A DNA stretch of 63,751 nt, filler included, from Octopus bimaculoides (GCF_001194135.2; 4 parts of 4 records of this genome joined end to end with filler, not necessarily neighbours in it); one strand, 5' to 3'; shown: positions 36,904 to 48,625, numbered from the whole stretch's first letter. Numbers and translations are program-made. Notes: generated by a model not told the origin, from the sequence alone.

Positions 36904-36944
<41 letters not shown>

Positions 36945-36998
36945 NNNNNNNNNNGTACACAATTGGAAAGTCGCAGGCTGCAAATGATGCAAAATCCC

Positions 36999-37034
<36 letters not shown>

Positions 37035-37037
<3 letters not shown>

Positions 37038-37431
37038 ATTTAAATAAGAGCTAAAATGCAATCCGTTGTAAAAACTTTTTAATGACCTATGATCATTTCA
37101 ATGCAATATCCCGACTCACTCCTGTATGTTATAAAATATGGAATATTGTATCTCCTCAGGGTCAGAGTTGATTAATTCATAGCAGACAGTAAAAAACAGA
37201 CAACATTAATAGTTGTCCTTAAATTACATGTGTATAAACAGGTTAAAATGACACGAAACATATTGACACTGCATACAATATCGGTTTTAAAAACCGTTAC
37301 AAAAACTTGAGGAGATACAATATTCCATATTTTATAACATACAGGAGTGAGTTGGGATATTGCATAGAAATGATCATAGGTCATTAAAAAGTTTTTACAA
37401 TGGATCGCGTTTTAGCTCTTATTTAAATTGA
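37035..37431. mobile_element. Foldback MITE with about 124 bp inverted arms
   Basis: 37035-37158 (tcaatttaaataagagctaaaa...tctcctca) is the near-exact reverse complement of 37308-37431. Confidence 0.9.
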
Positions 37432-37537
37432 GATGCACATAAAATTGTATGATTAACAAACTTTCATATGAGAATTTTGCTACGTTGATAACAGGTACAA
37501 TATTTTTACCAAATTTTGGTAGAGATCTATAAATACA

Positions 37538-37591
<54 letters not shown>

Positions 37592-37594
37592 CAA

Positions 37595-38320
37595 ATTTCA
37601 TTTAGTGTACTTGGTGCAAGTTATGGACACAACAGAAGTGCAGTGGCATAATAGGAAGGTTATCAGAGAAGGTAGTGTTCATATGTGAAAGATGCACAGG
37701 AGCCATAAAGCTACAGATACTCAGGAAGTCAATTTTCTCAAATGCTCCAGAGACTCTTTAGAGGTAGTGGGTAATTTCTGCTACCTAGGGGACCTAATTA
37801 GCTGTGGTGGGAGGATGGATGCTCAGAAAAGGTAATTGCTAGAATAAGAATAGGATGGAGAAAATTCAGAGAGCTTTTACCTCTGTTGGCAGCCAAAGAT
37901 CTCTCTCTCTATCTCTCTCTCTCTCTATATATATATCTCTCTCTCTCTCTCTCTTTGTGAGAAAGGAAGATTACAAGATACTGTATCAAAACAGCAATGC
38001 TACATGGTAGTGAGATTTGGGCTCTGAATGGAGAAGACATGTGAAGGATAGAGAGGAACGAAGCTAGTATGCTCTACTGGATATGCAATGTCAGTGTACA
38101 TGTGCAAAAGAGTGCTAATGTTTTGAGGGAAAAGTTGGGCACTAGAGGAACTAAATGTAGTGTGCAAGAGAGAAGATTGTGCTGGTTTGGTCATATGATG
38201 CATATGGAGGTAGACAGTTGCATACAGAAGTGCCAAACACTTAAAGTGAATGGAACTTATGGAAGAGAGAGAGACCCAGGAAGACATGGGATGAAATATT
38301 GAAGACTGATAAAAGAGATG
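37595..38320 (+). mobile_element. RTE-clade LINE fragment (diverged)
   Basis: C..CKLWT..KC, YLGD, ARIRIGWRKFRELLPLL, LHGSE.W, MLYWICNVSV, LCWFGHMM; aligns with 42172-44080. Confidence 0.88.
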
Positions 38321-38374
38321 ATTAAGGAGTGAGATATCTGGTGCATTTCTGTACTCAAGAAATCCCATCTCCTA

Positions 38375-38600
38375 CAGCAGAATTGATACTGGTGCTAGTG
38401 CCACACAAAAAGCACATCTTGCTAGTACCATGTTAAAAGCACTCAGTACACTCTGAAGAGTGGTTGGCATTAGGAAGGGCATCCAGCCATAAAAAACTAT
38501 GCCGGAACAGACAATTGAGCCTGGTGTGTGCCCTAGCCTTACCTTCTCCAATCAAATCACCTAACCCATGCCAGCATGGAAAACAGATGTTAAATAATAA
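38375..38600 (+). mobile_element. RTE 3'-tail fragment
   Basis: aaaagcactcagtacactct.aagagtggttggcattaggaagggcatccagc...aacccatgccagcatggaaaacagatgttaaat. Confidence 0.8.
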
Positions 38601-39321
38601 TGATAATGAAAAAAAGATGTGATTGTCTCGGTAAGAACGCTTGTGATTATATGTTATCTTTACGAGCATTCATTGACGACCCTTTCAGTTTGACACAAAT
38701 GAACAGATTTTATTTTAAATTTCTGCATGGTGATTATAAACACCACAACAGTTTTCAGAAAAAGTTGACAGTAAAAAAATGTTATATTCATTTAAAAATT
38801 GAATTTGATTAATCTCAGTGATAAAACTAATAGAAATCAACATTTTCAAGAAAATACTGTGATTGTACTGCAGCTTTTCTTTTTCTTTTTTGACTGGTTG
38901 CACTTTTTATGTCTGTACTACCACATAAACTTGCAGAGGTAAGAATCAATCATTGAGTGATGTGTTTCATAACATCATTTATTTGAATATCTAAGGTAGT
39001 TCCATAATCTTTCAATTTATTGTCTGTGGAACTCTGTCTTTTGAATTGATGAAATCAACACTGTCACTTACTGTTACATGAATTTTACAGCCAGACATCT
39101 GTGGGATGAGTGAGTCAGCTCATGAATCATTACAGGTAGTTGTTTCTGACAGAATCAACTGCTGGTTAAATGCTTCAAGTGTTTCACAGTTGCAACATGG
39201 GACAGAATAAAGGAACTTTTACTTTTACTAAGTTTTAAGACAGTTCTATATTTAAGAGATGAGGAATTATATACATTATTTACATTATTTACGGATATTT
39301 GTCCTCATCTTGTTTGCTGTT

Positions 39322-39367
39322 AACACAACGTTTCGGCTGATATACCCTCCAGCCTTCATCAGGTGCC
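39322..39367 (-). ncRNA. Minimal type I hammerhead ribozyme in PLE terminal repeat
   Basis: Minus strand: GGCAC CUGAUGA A GGCUG gagggtatat CAGCC GAAA CG UU GUGUU. 5 bp stem I (two G-U), 5 bp stem II, loopless palindromic stem III (AACGUU), GUU cleavage triplet. Confidence 0.8.
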
Positions 39368-39523
39368 TTGGGGAAATTTCGAACCTGGGTTCTCATTCCT
39401 AAGGTATTTTTCAATGTTGTTGTTGTTGTTGTTGTTGTTGTTATTATTATCATTATTATTATTATTATTATTATTCAGGTCACTGCCTGGAATCAAACTC
39501 TTCATTACTTAGGAAAATAACCA

Positions 39524-41470
39524 GAGATGATGATAAAAAGAGAATCCAACAAGATGAAAGAATTTGAAATGGTGAAGACACACCAGATTAAGAAGTTTAT
39601 GAAACTCAAAGGTCAGAGAATGAAGACTGAAGTCCGTTACCCATCTGTGAAAGCAGTAATTAAAGTAAGTAGCCAACATCTAGAAAACTCTAAAGATGCA
39701 GTACTGAACAACTTTGCGACAACCATCAATTGCATTCCATACTTAGACATAATAGCCCCTATTGAGGAGATAGCCATAAAGATACCAAAAGCTCAGTTAG
39801 ATGAACTAAGGTGGAAAGTGAGACAGGTACTAGAAAAAGCGAAACATCACTAAGGAAGAAAAGTTCACTATCAAAAGACTACAGAGTGACAATTCCATCA
39901 TAATACTTCCAGCAGACAAGTGAAATGCTATAGTAGTGATGAACAAATCTGACTACTTGGAAAAATTGGCAAGTCTTATAAGTGATGGTAGCTACAGTAG
40001 AGTAAAGAAAGACCCAACTCTGAAAACAGAGAGGAAGTTGTCACAGATCTTGATCAAGAAGAAGGATCACTTCACACCAATGAAGTACAGACAACTGACT
40101 CAACACTACAGTAAACTACCACACATGTATGGTCTCCCTAAGATTCACAAGGAAGGTATTCCACTAAGACCTATAGTGAGCTGTAGAGGTTCATTATGTC
40201 ATCCACTGAGCCGCTTCCTTGTGTATATAATCAGTCCATTAGCAGGAAGGTCAACATTGTATGTAAAGAATTCCACCCACTTCACAGAATTGATCAAGGA
40301 TACCTCCATTGAAACCAACCAGATGGTGAGTCTAGATGTTCTAAGTCTGTCCACCAAAGTCCCAACTGATGAAGCACTATCGGTGATTCAAGAAAAACTA
40401 GTGACAGACACCCATCTAAAAGAACGCACTAGTATACCAATAAGAAACTTGATGGAAATGTTGACCTTCAGTGTAGAAACTACCTACTTCAGTATGGACA
40501 CTGATATATATCAACAAGAAGAGGGTTTAGCTATGGGTTCGCCATTATCACCGATAATAGCCAATATATACATGGAATTTGGCTTTAGGATCAACACCAC
40601 TAAAACTAACCCTATGGCTGCGGTATGTTGATGACACCTTTATACTCTGGCCCCACCAAGAAGATGTCCAAGTGCTGTTAGATCATGTGAACTCAATAAA
40701 GCCATATATACAGTTCACAATGGAAAAGGAAAAAGACAATCAGCTAGCATTCCTGGACATATTGATAACACACACCAAGTATGGATTCAGGATATCTGTA
40801 TACCGCAAGCCGACCTTCACTGGACGATACCTCAACTTCAATTCCCACCATCCATACAGTGTAAAGAGAGGGATTGCTCAGTGCTTAAAACATCGAGCAA
40901 AGAATATAAGTAGTGATTGTGATACCCACCACGAAGAAATGATCAAGCTCAGTAACAATCTATTAAGCAACAACTACCCCAAAAACATACTACCCACTTC
41001 AATTATGAAGAAAAGGAGGGGATGAAACCAATAAACTTTCTGTCTACTCTGTGTGAAAGGTCTCTCCAAAAAGATACAAAAGATATGCGGTCCATATGAC
41101 ATCAGGACAGTATTCAAGAGTAATACAACACTTTGCAAATATCTCCTTTGAGTAGAACCGCCAATAGAAGATAATATAACCAAAAACTGCATGTATTCCA
41201 TTCCATGTGGCTGTGGTAGGTTATACAAAGGCGAAACATGCTGCCCCCTCAAAGCTGTGACACAAGGAGATATTGATAAATAGGGTATATGAAAAAATGG
41301 AGACCACCTCTAGGATGAAGTTAAAATAATAGACAGAGAACACCACTGGAAAATATGAAGCTAAAAGAAGCAGCACATATGTTAGGACACAACAACCTCC
41401 TAAGCAGACCGAGTGCAGATATGAGTAGCATATGGGAACCGGTATTAAGGAAGGCTAGGAAAATATTAGA
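39524..41470 (+). pseudogene. PLE reverse transcriptase / GIY-YIG endonuclease ORF, disrupted
   Basis: YGLPKIHKEGIPLRPIV, GLAMGSPLSPIIANIYME, WLRYVDDT, AFLDI, VYRKPTFTGRYLNFNSHHP, MYSIPCGCGRLYKGET. Several frameshifts and stops; internal deletion in the endonuclease. Confidence 0.92.
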
Positions 41471-41506
41471 TTTATAAGTACTAAAATTCACTCCATAATT
41501 ACCCAT

Positions 41507-41580
41507 GGGCATATGGTGTAGTGGTTAAGAGCACAGGCCATTCACCCCAAGATTCCAAGTTCAATTTCAGGCAGTGACCT
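41507..41580 (+). promoter_or_regulatory. tRNA-like Pol III internal promoter (A and B boxes) inside the PLE 3' repeat
   Basis: A-box tggtgtagtgg 41514-24; B-box-like agttcaatttc 41558-68 (gagtttgattcc in the inverted copy); spacing as in tRNA/SINE heads. Confidence 0.6.
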
Positions 41581-42171
41581 AAATAATAATAATAATAATA
41601 ATAACAACAACATTGAAAAATACCTTAGGAATGAGAACCCAAGTTCGAAATTTCCCTAAGACACCTGATGAGGGTATATCAGCCAAAACATTATGTTAAC
41701 AACAAACAAGAGGAGGACAAAAGACATACACAGCTGAAAAACCTACTACTTTCTTATTGACTACAAGTAGTTTCTCCAAAAATTAAACAAAAAAAAAATC
41801 GTTGAAATTTCTGTAATTGGCTCATAAAACTAATCTAGGAAGAAATTTAAAATAAAATTGGAGCATGTGTATCAAACAGAAAAGATCTCAAGTTGAGATA
41901 AATGCAATTGATAAGCTGTGGCTTCTTAAGTGGTTTATTTATTTTTATTAATTCTTTTTTATCTTTATTGTAGCTTGGTTACAGGTTTCAAACATGCCAA
42001 TCCCTAGCTTCTAGTTTAGTGTATTTATGATGGTGTTAGTGATAAGGGAGTGTCACCATTTTTTTGTTATACACCACACACATACACACGCACACATGTG
42101 TATCTGTATATATATATATATATATATATANNNNNNNNNNATATATATATAGGCTATAGTCTTGTATAGGC

Positions 42172-44080
42172 TATAGTCTAGTCACCCATATAGTCAACCA
42201 GGTAATACATGAAGGAGTCATACCCAATGATTGATGTAGCAGCACCATAGTCAACTGCTTCAAGGTAAAGGTGATGCATTAGATAGGAATAATTACAGAG
42301 GTATCAAATTGTTGGATCAGGTGATGAAACTAATTAAGGAGAGAGTTAGTTTAGATGAGATGCAGTTTGGGTTTGTGCCAGGGAGAAGCACTACTGATGC
42401 TATATTTCTGGTAAGTTAGCTGCAGGAGAAATTCCTAGCCAAAGATAAACCTCTGTACTTGGCTTTGTTGATATGGAAAAAGCCTTTGACAGGGTCCACT
42501 GATCCCTTATCTGATGGTTAATGTGGAAACTAGGAATAGATGAGTGGTTAGTGAGAGCTGTACAAGCCATGTACAGGGATGCTGTCATTAAAGTGAAGGT
42601 TGGCAATGAGTATAGGCAAAAATTCCGGTTAGGAGTGGGGGTCCACCAAAGATCAGTCCTCAACCCCCTCCTATTCATCATAGTCCTCCAGGCAATAACA
42701 CAGGAATTCAAGACAGGATGCCTCTGAGAGCTCCTCTATGCTGATGACCTTGCTCTAATATCTGAGTCACTACCAGAACTAAAGGAGAAGTTTCAGGTGT
42801 GGAGGCAATGTCTAGAATCAAAGGGCAAAAACCAAATTCTTGGTAAGTAGAAAGGCAAGTAAATTACAAGTCCCTTCTGGTAGATAGCCCTGCTCAATCT
42901 GTGGAAAAGCCATAAGTAAAAACTCCATAAGATGTACCTGGTGCAAGCTATGGACGCATAAGAGCTGCAGCAATATCAAAGGAAAGTTAACTGGGAAGAT
43001 AGTTTTTGTGTGTGGCAGATGCACAGGGGCAATAAACACTGAGAATGTGCAGAAAACAGCTTCCATCACAGGCCAAGGGGAAAAACTAGAAGTAGTTGAT
43101 AGCTTCTGTTACCTAGGTGACCAAGTCTGTAGCAGGGGTGGATGCTCTGAGAGTATAGCTGCTAGAATAAGAATAACCTGGGCAAAGTTCAGAGAGCTCC
43201 TATCTCTGTTGGTAACAAAGGGCCTCTCACTCAGAGTAAGAGGTAGACTGTATGATGCATGGTGTGCAAACAGCCATGCTACATGGCAGTAAAACATGGG
43301 CTGTGACTGCTAAGGACATGCGTAGGTTTGAAAGAAATGAAGCTAGTATGCTCTGCTGGATGTGTAATGTCAGTGTGCATACACAACAGAGTGTAAGCAC
43401 CTTGAGAAAAAAATTGGACATAAGAAGCATCAGATGTGGTGTGCAAGAGAGACGATGACACTGGTATGGTCATGTGTTCCATATGGATGAGGACAGCTGT
43501 GTGAAGAAGTGCTGCACCTTAACAGTGGAGGGAACCTGTGGAAGTGCTAGATTCAGGAAGCCTGAGATGAGGTGGTGAAACACGACCTTCAAATGTTGGG
43601 CCTAAGAAAGGCAATGACAAGCAACCAAGACCTTTGGAGATATGCTGTGCTTGAGAAGACCCACAAGCCATATGAGGTTGTAACCATGGCCTATACCAGT
43701 GTCACATAACTGAGCCATTTAAAAGTACCCTTCATTCATTGGGCAATATGCTGTGCTTGAGAAGACCTGTTCAGTCAAGTAAAATCGTTGTCGTGGCCAA
43801 TGTCAGTACTGCCTGACTGGCACCTGCGCCAGTGACATATAAAAGGTACCATTCGAGCGTGGTTGATGCCAGTGCCACGTGACTGGCCCTGTACTGGTGG
43901 CACGTAAAAAGCACTCACTACACTCTAGGAGTGGTTGGCGTTAGGAAGGGCATCCAGCTGTAGAAACCTTGCTAGATCAGATTGGAGCCTGGTGCAGCCT
44001 TCTGGCTTGCCAGTCCTCAGTCAAATCGTCCAACCCATGCCAGCATGGAAAGCGGACATTAAATAATGGTGATGATGATA
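42172..44080 (+). mobile_element. RTE-clade LINE, 5'-truncated, with complete 3' tail
   Basis: GDALDRNNYRGIKLL, MQFGFVPGRSTTDAIFL, EKAFDRV, GVHQ.SVL.PLLF, LLYADDL, YLGDQV, WYGHV; tail ends in (gat)n. Multiple stops and frameshifts. Confidence 0.95.
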
Positions 44081-44420
44081 TATACATGCACGCATACACA
44101 TATCATATAGACATATATGTATGCGTGCATGTATAAGATAAAACAGAAACCAAAGAGACAAATGGTGGTCTGCATCAGCAGGACTTTTGCACCATTTGAA
44201 AATGAGTGGCAGAAAGAGCGCAGTGAAACTGACATTGTCCATAAAGAAGAGATGTAGTTTGGTTCATTAGGGTGGGGGGGGTGAATTAATGTTATGTGTG
44301 GGTGGAAGACACAGTACTTCCAGAACTCAGTTTTGCTGAGGTGGATAGGTCTTCTCAAGAAGTGTATATGCATGTATGTCCTGGGTATGACTTTAAAACT
44401 GCATTCAATAATGGGACTCA

Positions 44421-44822
44421 GTGGAGACGCAATGGCCTAGTGGTTAGGGCAGCGGTCTCGCGGTCATAGGATCGCGGTTTCGATTCCCAGACCGGACGTT
44501 GTGAGTGTTTATTGAGCGAAAACACCTAAAGCTCCACGAGACTCCAGCAGGGGATGGTGGCGAACCCTGCTGTACTCTTTCGCCACAACTTTCTCTCACC
44601 CTTACTTCCTGTTTCTGTTGTGCCTGTAATTCAAAGGGTCAGCCATGTCACATTGTGTCACGCTGTATATCACCAAGAACTACGTTAAGGGTACACGTGT
44701 CTGTGGAGTGCTCAGCCACTTGCACGTTAATTTCACGAGCAGGCTGTTCCATTGATCAGATCAACTGGAACCCCCCTCGTTATCGTAAGCGACGGAGTGC
44801 CAACAACAACAACAACAACAAC
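44421..44822 (+). mobile_element. SINE family D, full length
   Basis: A-box tggcctagtggtt, B-box gtttcgattcc, 3' (caa)n tail. Confidence 0.9.
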
Positions 44823-45239
44823 GGGGCTCTGATTCAGGAGTTCCAGGGTACTAAGGAGTGTGGAACCACCTCTTAGCTACTGCTGGTCCCAGGCCTACTC
44901 TGAGTGAAGTAGCAGCACCTATCAGGGCCCTAACTATGGATTAACTAGCACATGAGCGATGCGACAGAGAAATACTCGGGTTGATGTCCAAAGGTGCAGT
45001 AAGCTCACAACTTGTCACTGTTGAGGCATCCCTCTAGGAGAAGGCGAACTCATATATAAAACCTGCTACTCTACTGAACCACTTATCTTACACTTTGCTT
45101 GTCTTTGGACTTCTTGGAATTGCTAGTGAGAGTCATTGTGGTGCTGTGCAAGCTACACCCAACTTAAAACCCTTGCACAAGTATAGCTGACACATCTGAC
45201 AGCAGTGATTATGATCATCTAGCAAGTAGACAGCCATCA

Positions 45240-45276
<37 letters not shown>

Positions 45277-45599
45277 CGTGTGTGTATACATGTATGCATA
45301 CATACATACACACACACATTGAAAAATCATTATTACATCAGATATTGGATAAACTGAAGAGTGACTTTTTATTGTTGGACTTTTTTGCTGCCATTATAAA
45401 GTACCAGCTTTGTAGGAGTGTATATTCTTGGTACACCAGATGAAACCTGCACACCCACCAAATATAATAACTTCATTATAAATAAATAAGCTCACTCAAT
45501 AATGCAATTATAGATGTCAACGGGAAAGCAAATTTCGTGTCCTGTTATGAAATATTGGGGAAATCGTACTGATAAAGTACTGTACACTCCAGAGGTAGT

Positions 45600-46000
45600 T
45601 GTATTATGATACATATAGAAGGGATGGTGAAATAATGGGCAAGTGTCAAAAATAAGGACAGTTATTCACTTTTATACTACACTCCAAAAATACATACTTC
45701 CTTTTTAGCATTCTGCATTCTCCCCTAATTAATTAGGCTTTTACTTTCTCCTCTCCCTGCTTTTTTCTACTTATATTCAGCTTGTTACTTATATAATACA
45801 AGAACGATGAAAACTTTTTGAAAACTTTGCATAGGCCTCTGAGAAGGTATCACCAAACTTTTGGCAAAAATTGATGCAGATTCTCTGCATCGTTCTTGAC
45901 ACAATCAAGGAGATCTTGAGTAACTATAAAACCTGAGTGTCTTTTTGGTCAGCCGAAAGCAGTTTGGTACACACTTGGCAGACACGCATCTCATACCCAG
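45600..46000 (-). mobile_element. Deleted mariner remnant
   Basis: Minus strand LGMRCVSAKCVPKLLSADQK (WVP-motif region) and QRICINFCQKFGDT (N-terminus). Confidence 0.6.
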
Positions 46001-46059
46001 CACTTGACTCATACTTTATTTTATTGGCCTTGAAAGGAAGAAAGGCAAAGTCAATTAAT

Positions 46060-46280
46060 AATCCTTTCTACTATAGATATAAGACCTGAAATTTTGAGGG
46101 GTTGGAGCTAGTCAGTTACATCAACCCCAGTGTTCAACTGGTACTTATTTTATCGATCCTGAAAGGATGGAAGGCAAAGTTGGACACAGCAGAATTTGAA
46201 CTCAGAATGTAAAGACGAATGAAAAATCACTAAGTGTTGCGTCTGGTGTGCTAACAATCCTACCAGCTCACCACCTTAAA
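46060..46280 (-). mobile_element. SINE family A
   Basis: cctgaaaggatggaaggcaaagttg..cagcagaatttgaactcagaa...cagctcaccacctt. Confidence 0.85.
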
Positions 46281-46765
46281 AAATTGATTAATAATAACAC
46301 ACATAAAAGTTTTCTAATTATGTAATTTGTTAGTAAAAATTAAGACATATTTCATTAGCAAACATTTTTAGCAATATTTTTAAAAGCAACGGAGTATAAA
46401 TTTATATTAAAAAAAATTTAATTTGCTTTGAGTAAACAAAACAGTATAAATGATTCACGACCATTGATAGAATAAGATTTATAATAAAATAATTGTTTCA
46501 ATGGAGAAAAGCAGAATATTATCTTGAATTTAAACAGCTGTTTTTCAACTNNNNNNNNNNNNNNNNNNNNNNNNNNNNNNNNNNNNNNNNNNNNNNNNNN
46601 NNNNNNNNNNNNNNNNNNNNNNNNNNNNNNNNNNNNNNNNNNNNNNNNNNNNNNNNNNNNNNNNNNNNNNNNNNNNNNNNNNNNNNNNNNNNNNNNNNNN
46701 NNNNNNNNNNNNNNNNNNNNNNNNNNNNNNNNNNNNNNNNNNNNNNNNNNNNNNNNNNNNNNNNN

Positions 46766-46877
46766 GGTCCTTAGTGAAAGTGACTTATCAGAAAGCCCCG
46801 TTTCATTGAAAATAACCCCAACTACAAAAGCATTGAAATGAATACTGCTGAGGTCATCTTCCACAGGGAAACTAAAA
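46766..46877 (+). CDS. PARP10/PARP14-like gene exon A (3' part; RRM-like repeat ..FIENNPNYKSIEMNTAEVIFHRETK)
   Basis: Donor A|GTAAGG at 46878 (phase 1) joins in frame to exon B, giving TAEVIFHRETKNAENVVKKKFHNV, comparable to PARP10 GGVLTFREPADAERVL. The 5' end is in or near a gap, and the frame upstream of 46784 has a TGA. Confidence 0.5.
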
Positions 46878-47194
46878 GTAAGGATTGTTATCAGTGAATA
46901 ATAATTACTTTTGAAATGTAGTCATGCAATACTTGAGCTTTGTGTAAACAAATAAAACATATTTTAAAAATATGTTGGAATGATGTTCATATGAATTGGC
47001 CACTGTAAGGAAATGGGTATCACATAAATATTTCTAATAATGTTACTGTTCTGTCTGTGTAATAAAATATAAAGTGACAATATGCAGACATCTTTCAACC
47101 TTAATTCAAAAACGAATGTTTGAAAGAATTCTGATGAAGTCACCGGAATGCTTAATATTTAACTTGACATTGTGGCTTATTACTAAACATACTA

Positions 47195-47508
47195 GACAGA
47201 GTGTTAGTACCTTGAGAGAAAAGTTGAACTTATGAAGCATCAGTTGTGGTGTGCAAGAGAGATGATTGCGCTGGTATGGTCATGTGGCGAGAATGGATGA
47301 GGATAGCTGTGTGAAAAAGTGCCACACCCTAGCAGTTGAGAGAACCTGTGGAAGAGGTAGGCCCAGGAAGACCTGGGATGAGGTGGTGAGGTATGACCTT
47401 CGAACATTGGGCCTCACCGAGGTGATAACTTCTGACCGAGACCTTTGGAAATATGCTGTGCGTGAGAAGACCCGGCAAGCCAAGCGAGACCTAAATCGAA
47501 GGCCTCAG
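47195..47508 (+). mobile_element. RTE LINE 3' ORF fragment
   Basis: RWYGHVARMDEDSCVKKCHTLAVERTCGRGRPRKTWDEVV. Confidence 0.9.
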
Positions 47509-47608
47509 NNNNNNNNNNNNNNNNNNNNNNNNNNNNNNNNNNNNNNNNNNNNTTAATTAATTAANNNNNNNNNNNNNNNNNNNNNNNNNNNNNNNNNNNN
47601 NNNNNNNN
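47509..47608. other. Artificial scaffold spacer 44N-TTAATTAATTAA-44N
   Basis: Same 100 bp construct as at 30762. Confidence 0.95.
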
Positions 47609-47920
47609 GAAGATACTTGCTCAAGGTGCTGTTGGACAGAGGGATTGAACTAGAACCAGGAATTGTACAGGGAACCTCATAATCCTCTCGGCTATAGAGT
47701 AAACAAAGGGGCCTCTAAGTGATGACTTGATCTGCTAGAAGAGGCAGTTAAATCTTCTTCATGTAACACCTAACATCTTAAACAAGGAAGGACACTTGGG
47801 AGTGTTAGTGGTCAGAATGTGTCTGACCTGGTTCTGCACTGCAACACCAATACAACCATGCCCTCCACTCATAAATAATGACATTATATTCTCAATTTCT
47901 TCTGCTATTTTGATTTTCAG

Positions 47921-48157
47921 ACGCAGAAAATGTCGTCAAAAAGAAGTTCCATAATGTAAGCAAATATAAACTTCATGTGAACCAGCATAAAAATCTAGTT
48001 TGGCAAGAAGATGCTATGATTGTGTCAAATGGCCACAAAGACATGTCTGAAAAAATGTTAATTAATTTTTTGGAAAAGACAAGAAAATTAGATATTGTAT
48101 ATGTCTTCCCTGGAAGAAAAGCTGGAATTTTTCTTGTGTATTGCCAAAAGGAAATTG
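47921..48157 (+). CDS. PARP10/PARP14-like gene exon B (237 bp, phase 1-1, RRM-like repeat)
   Basis: Acceptor tgattttcAG 47919-20, donor G|GTAAGT 48158; open frame AENVVKKKFHNVSKYKLHVNQHKNLVWQEDAMIVSNGHKDMSEKMLINFLEKTRKLDIVYVFPGRKAGIFLVYCQKEI. Confidence 0.75.
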
Positions 48158-48254
48158 GTAAGTTTCTTCAACTTTAATTTGTTCCGATAAAGATTTCTTG
48201 AATTTTGTTTTCTTAATAGGATTGTTATATCTTTTATGTTTTTATTCTTTCAAT

Positions 48255-48625
48255 TATTAGATTGTGGCCATGCTGGGGCACCACCTTGAAGATCTTTTTG
48301 TGTCAAATGAATCGACTCCAGTGCTTCTCACTTTTTTTAAGCCTGGTAACTTATTTTATCGCTCCATTTTGCTGATCTGCTAAGTTACAGGAACATAAAC
48401 ACACTAACACCAGTCATCAAGCAGTGGTGGATAATAAACAGACACAAAGACACACACACATACTGAGCTTCTTTCAGTTTCCGTCTATCAAATCCACTCA
48501 CAATGCCTTGGTTGAACTGAGACTACAGTAGAAGATTCTCACCCAACGTGCCACGCAGTGGGACTGAACGCAGAACCATGTGGTTTGGAAGCAAACTTCT
48601 TACCACACAGCCATGTCTGCACCTA
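48255..48625 (-). mobile_element. SINE family B
   Basis: Reverse complement of the family B head (ggctgtgtggtaagaagtttgc) through tail (ccagcatggccaca). Confidence 0.88.

Larger units (their letters stand above)
39241..41721 (+). mobile_element. Penelope-like retroelement with inverted 5' pseudo-LTR and 3' pseudo-LTR
   Basis: 39300-39500 is the reverse complement of 41557-41721 (ttcctaaggtatttttcaatgttg / caacattgaaaaataccttaggaa); PLE RT plus GIY-YIG remnant lies between. Confidence 0.92.

Noticed and set aside
36859-37035. Tandem duplication of gtacacaattggaaagtcgcaggctgcaaatgatgc...(TA)n
   Set aside because: Identical copies on either side of a 10 N gap ending in (TA)n: most likely an unmerged contig overlap.
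39091-39135. Possible first coding exon MSESAHESLQ with CAG|GTAGTT
   Set aside because: Too short, with a mediocre donor; cannot be linked to the PARP-like exons from sequence alone.
41660-41697. Hammerhead in the 3' pseudo-LTR
   Set aside because: Stem II partly deleted and GAAA mutated, so it is not called as a ribozyme.
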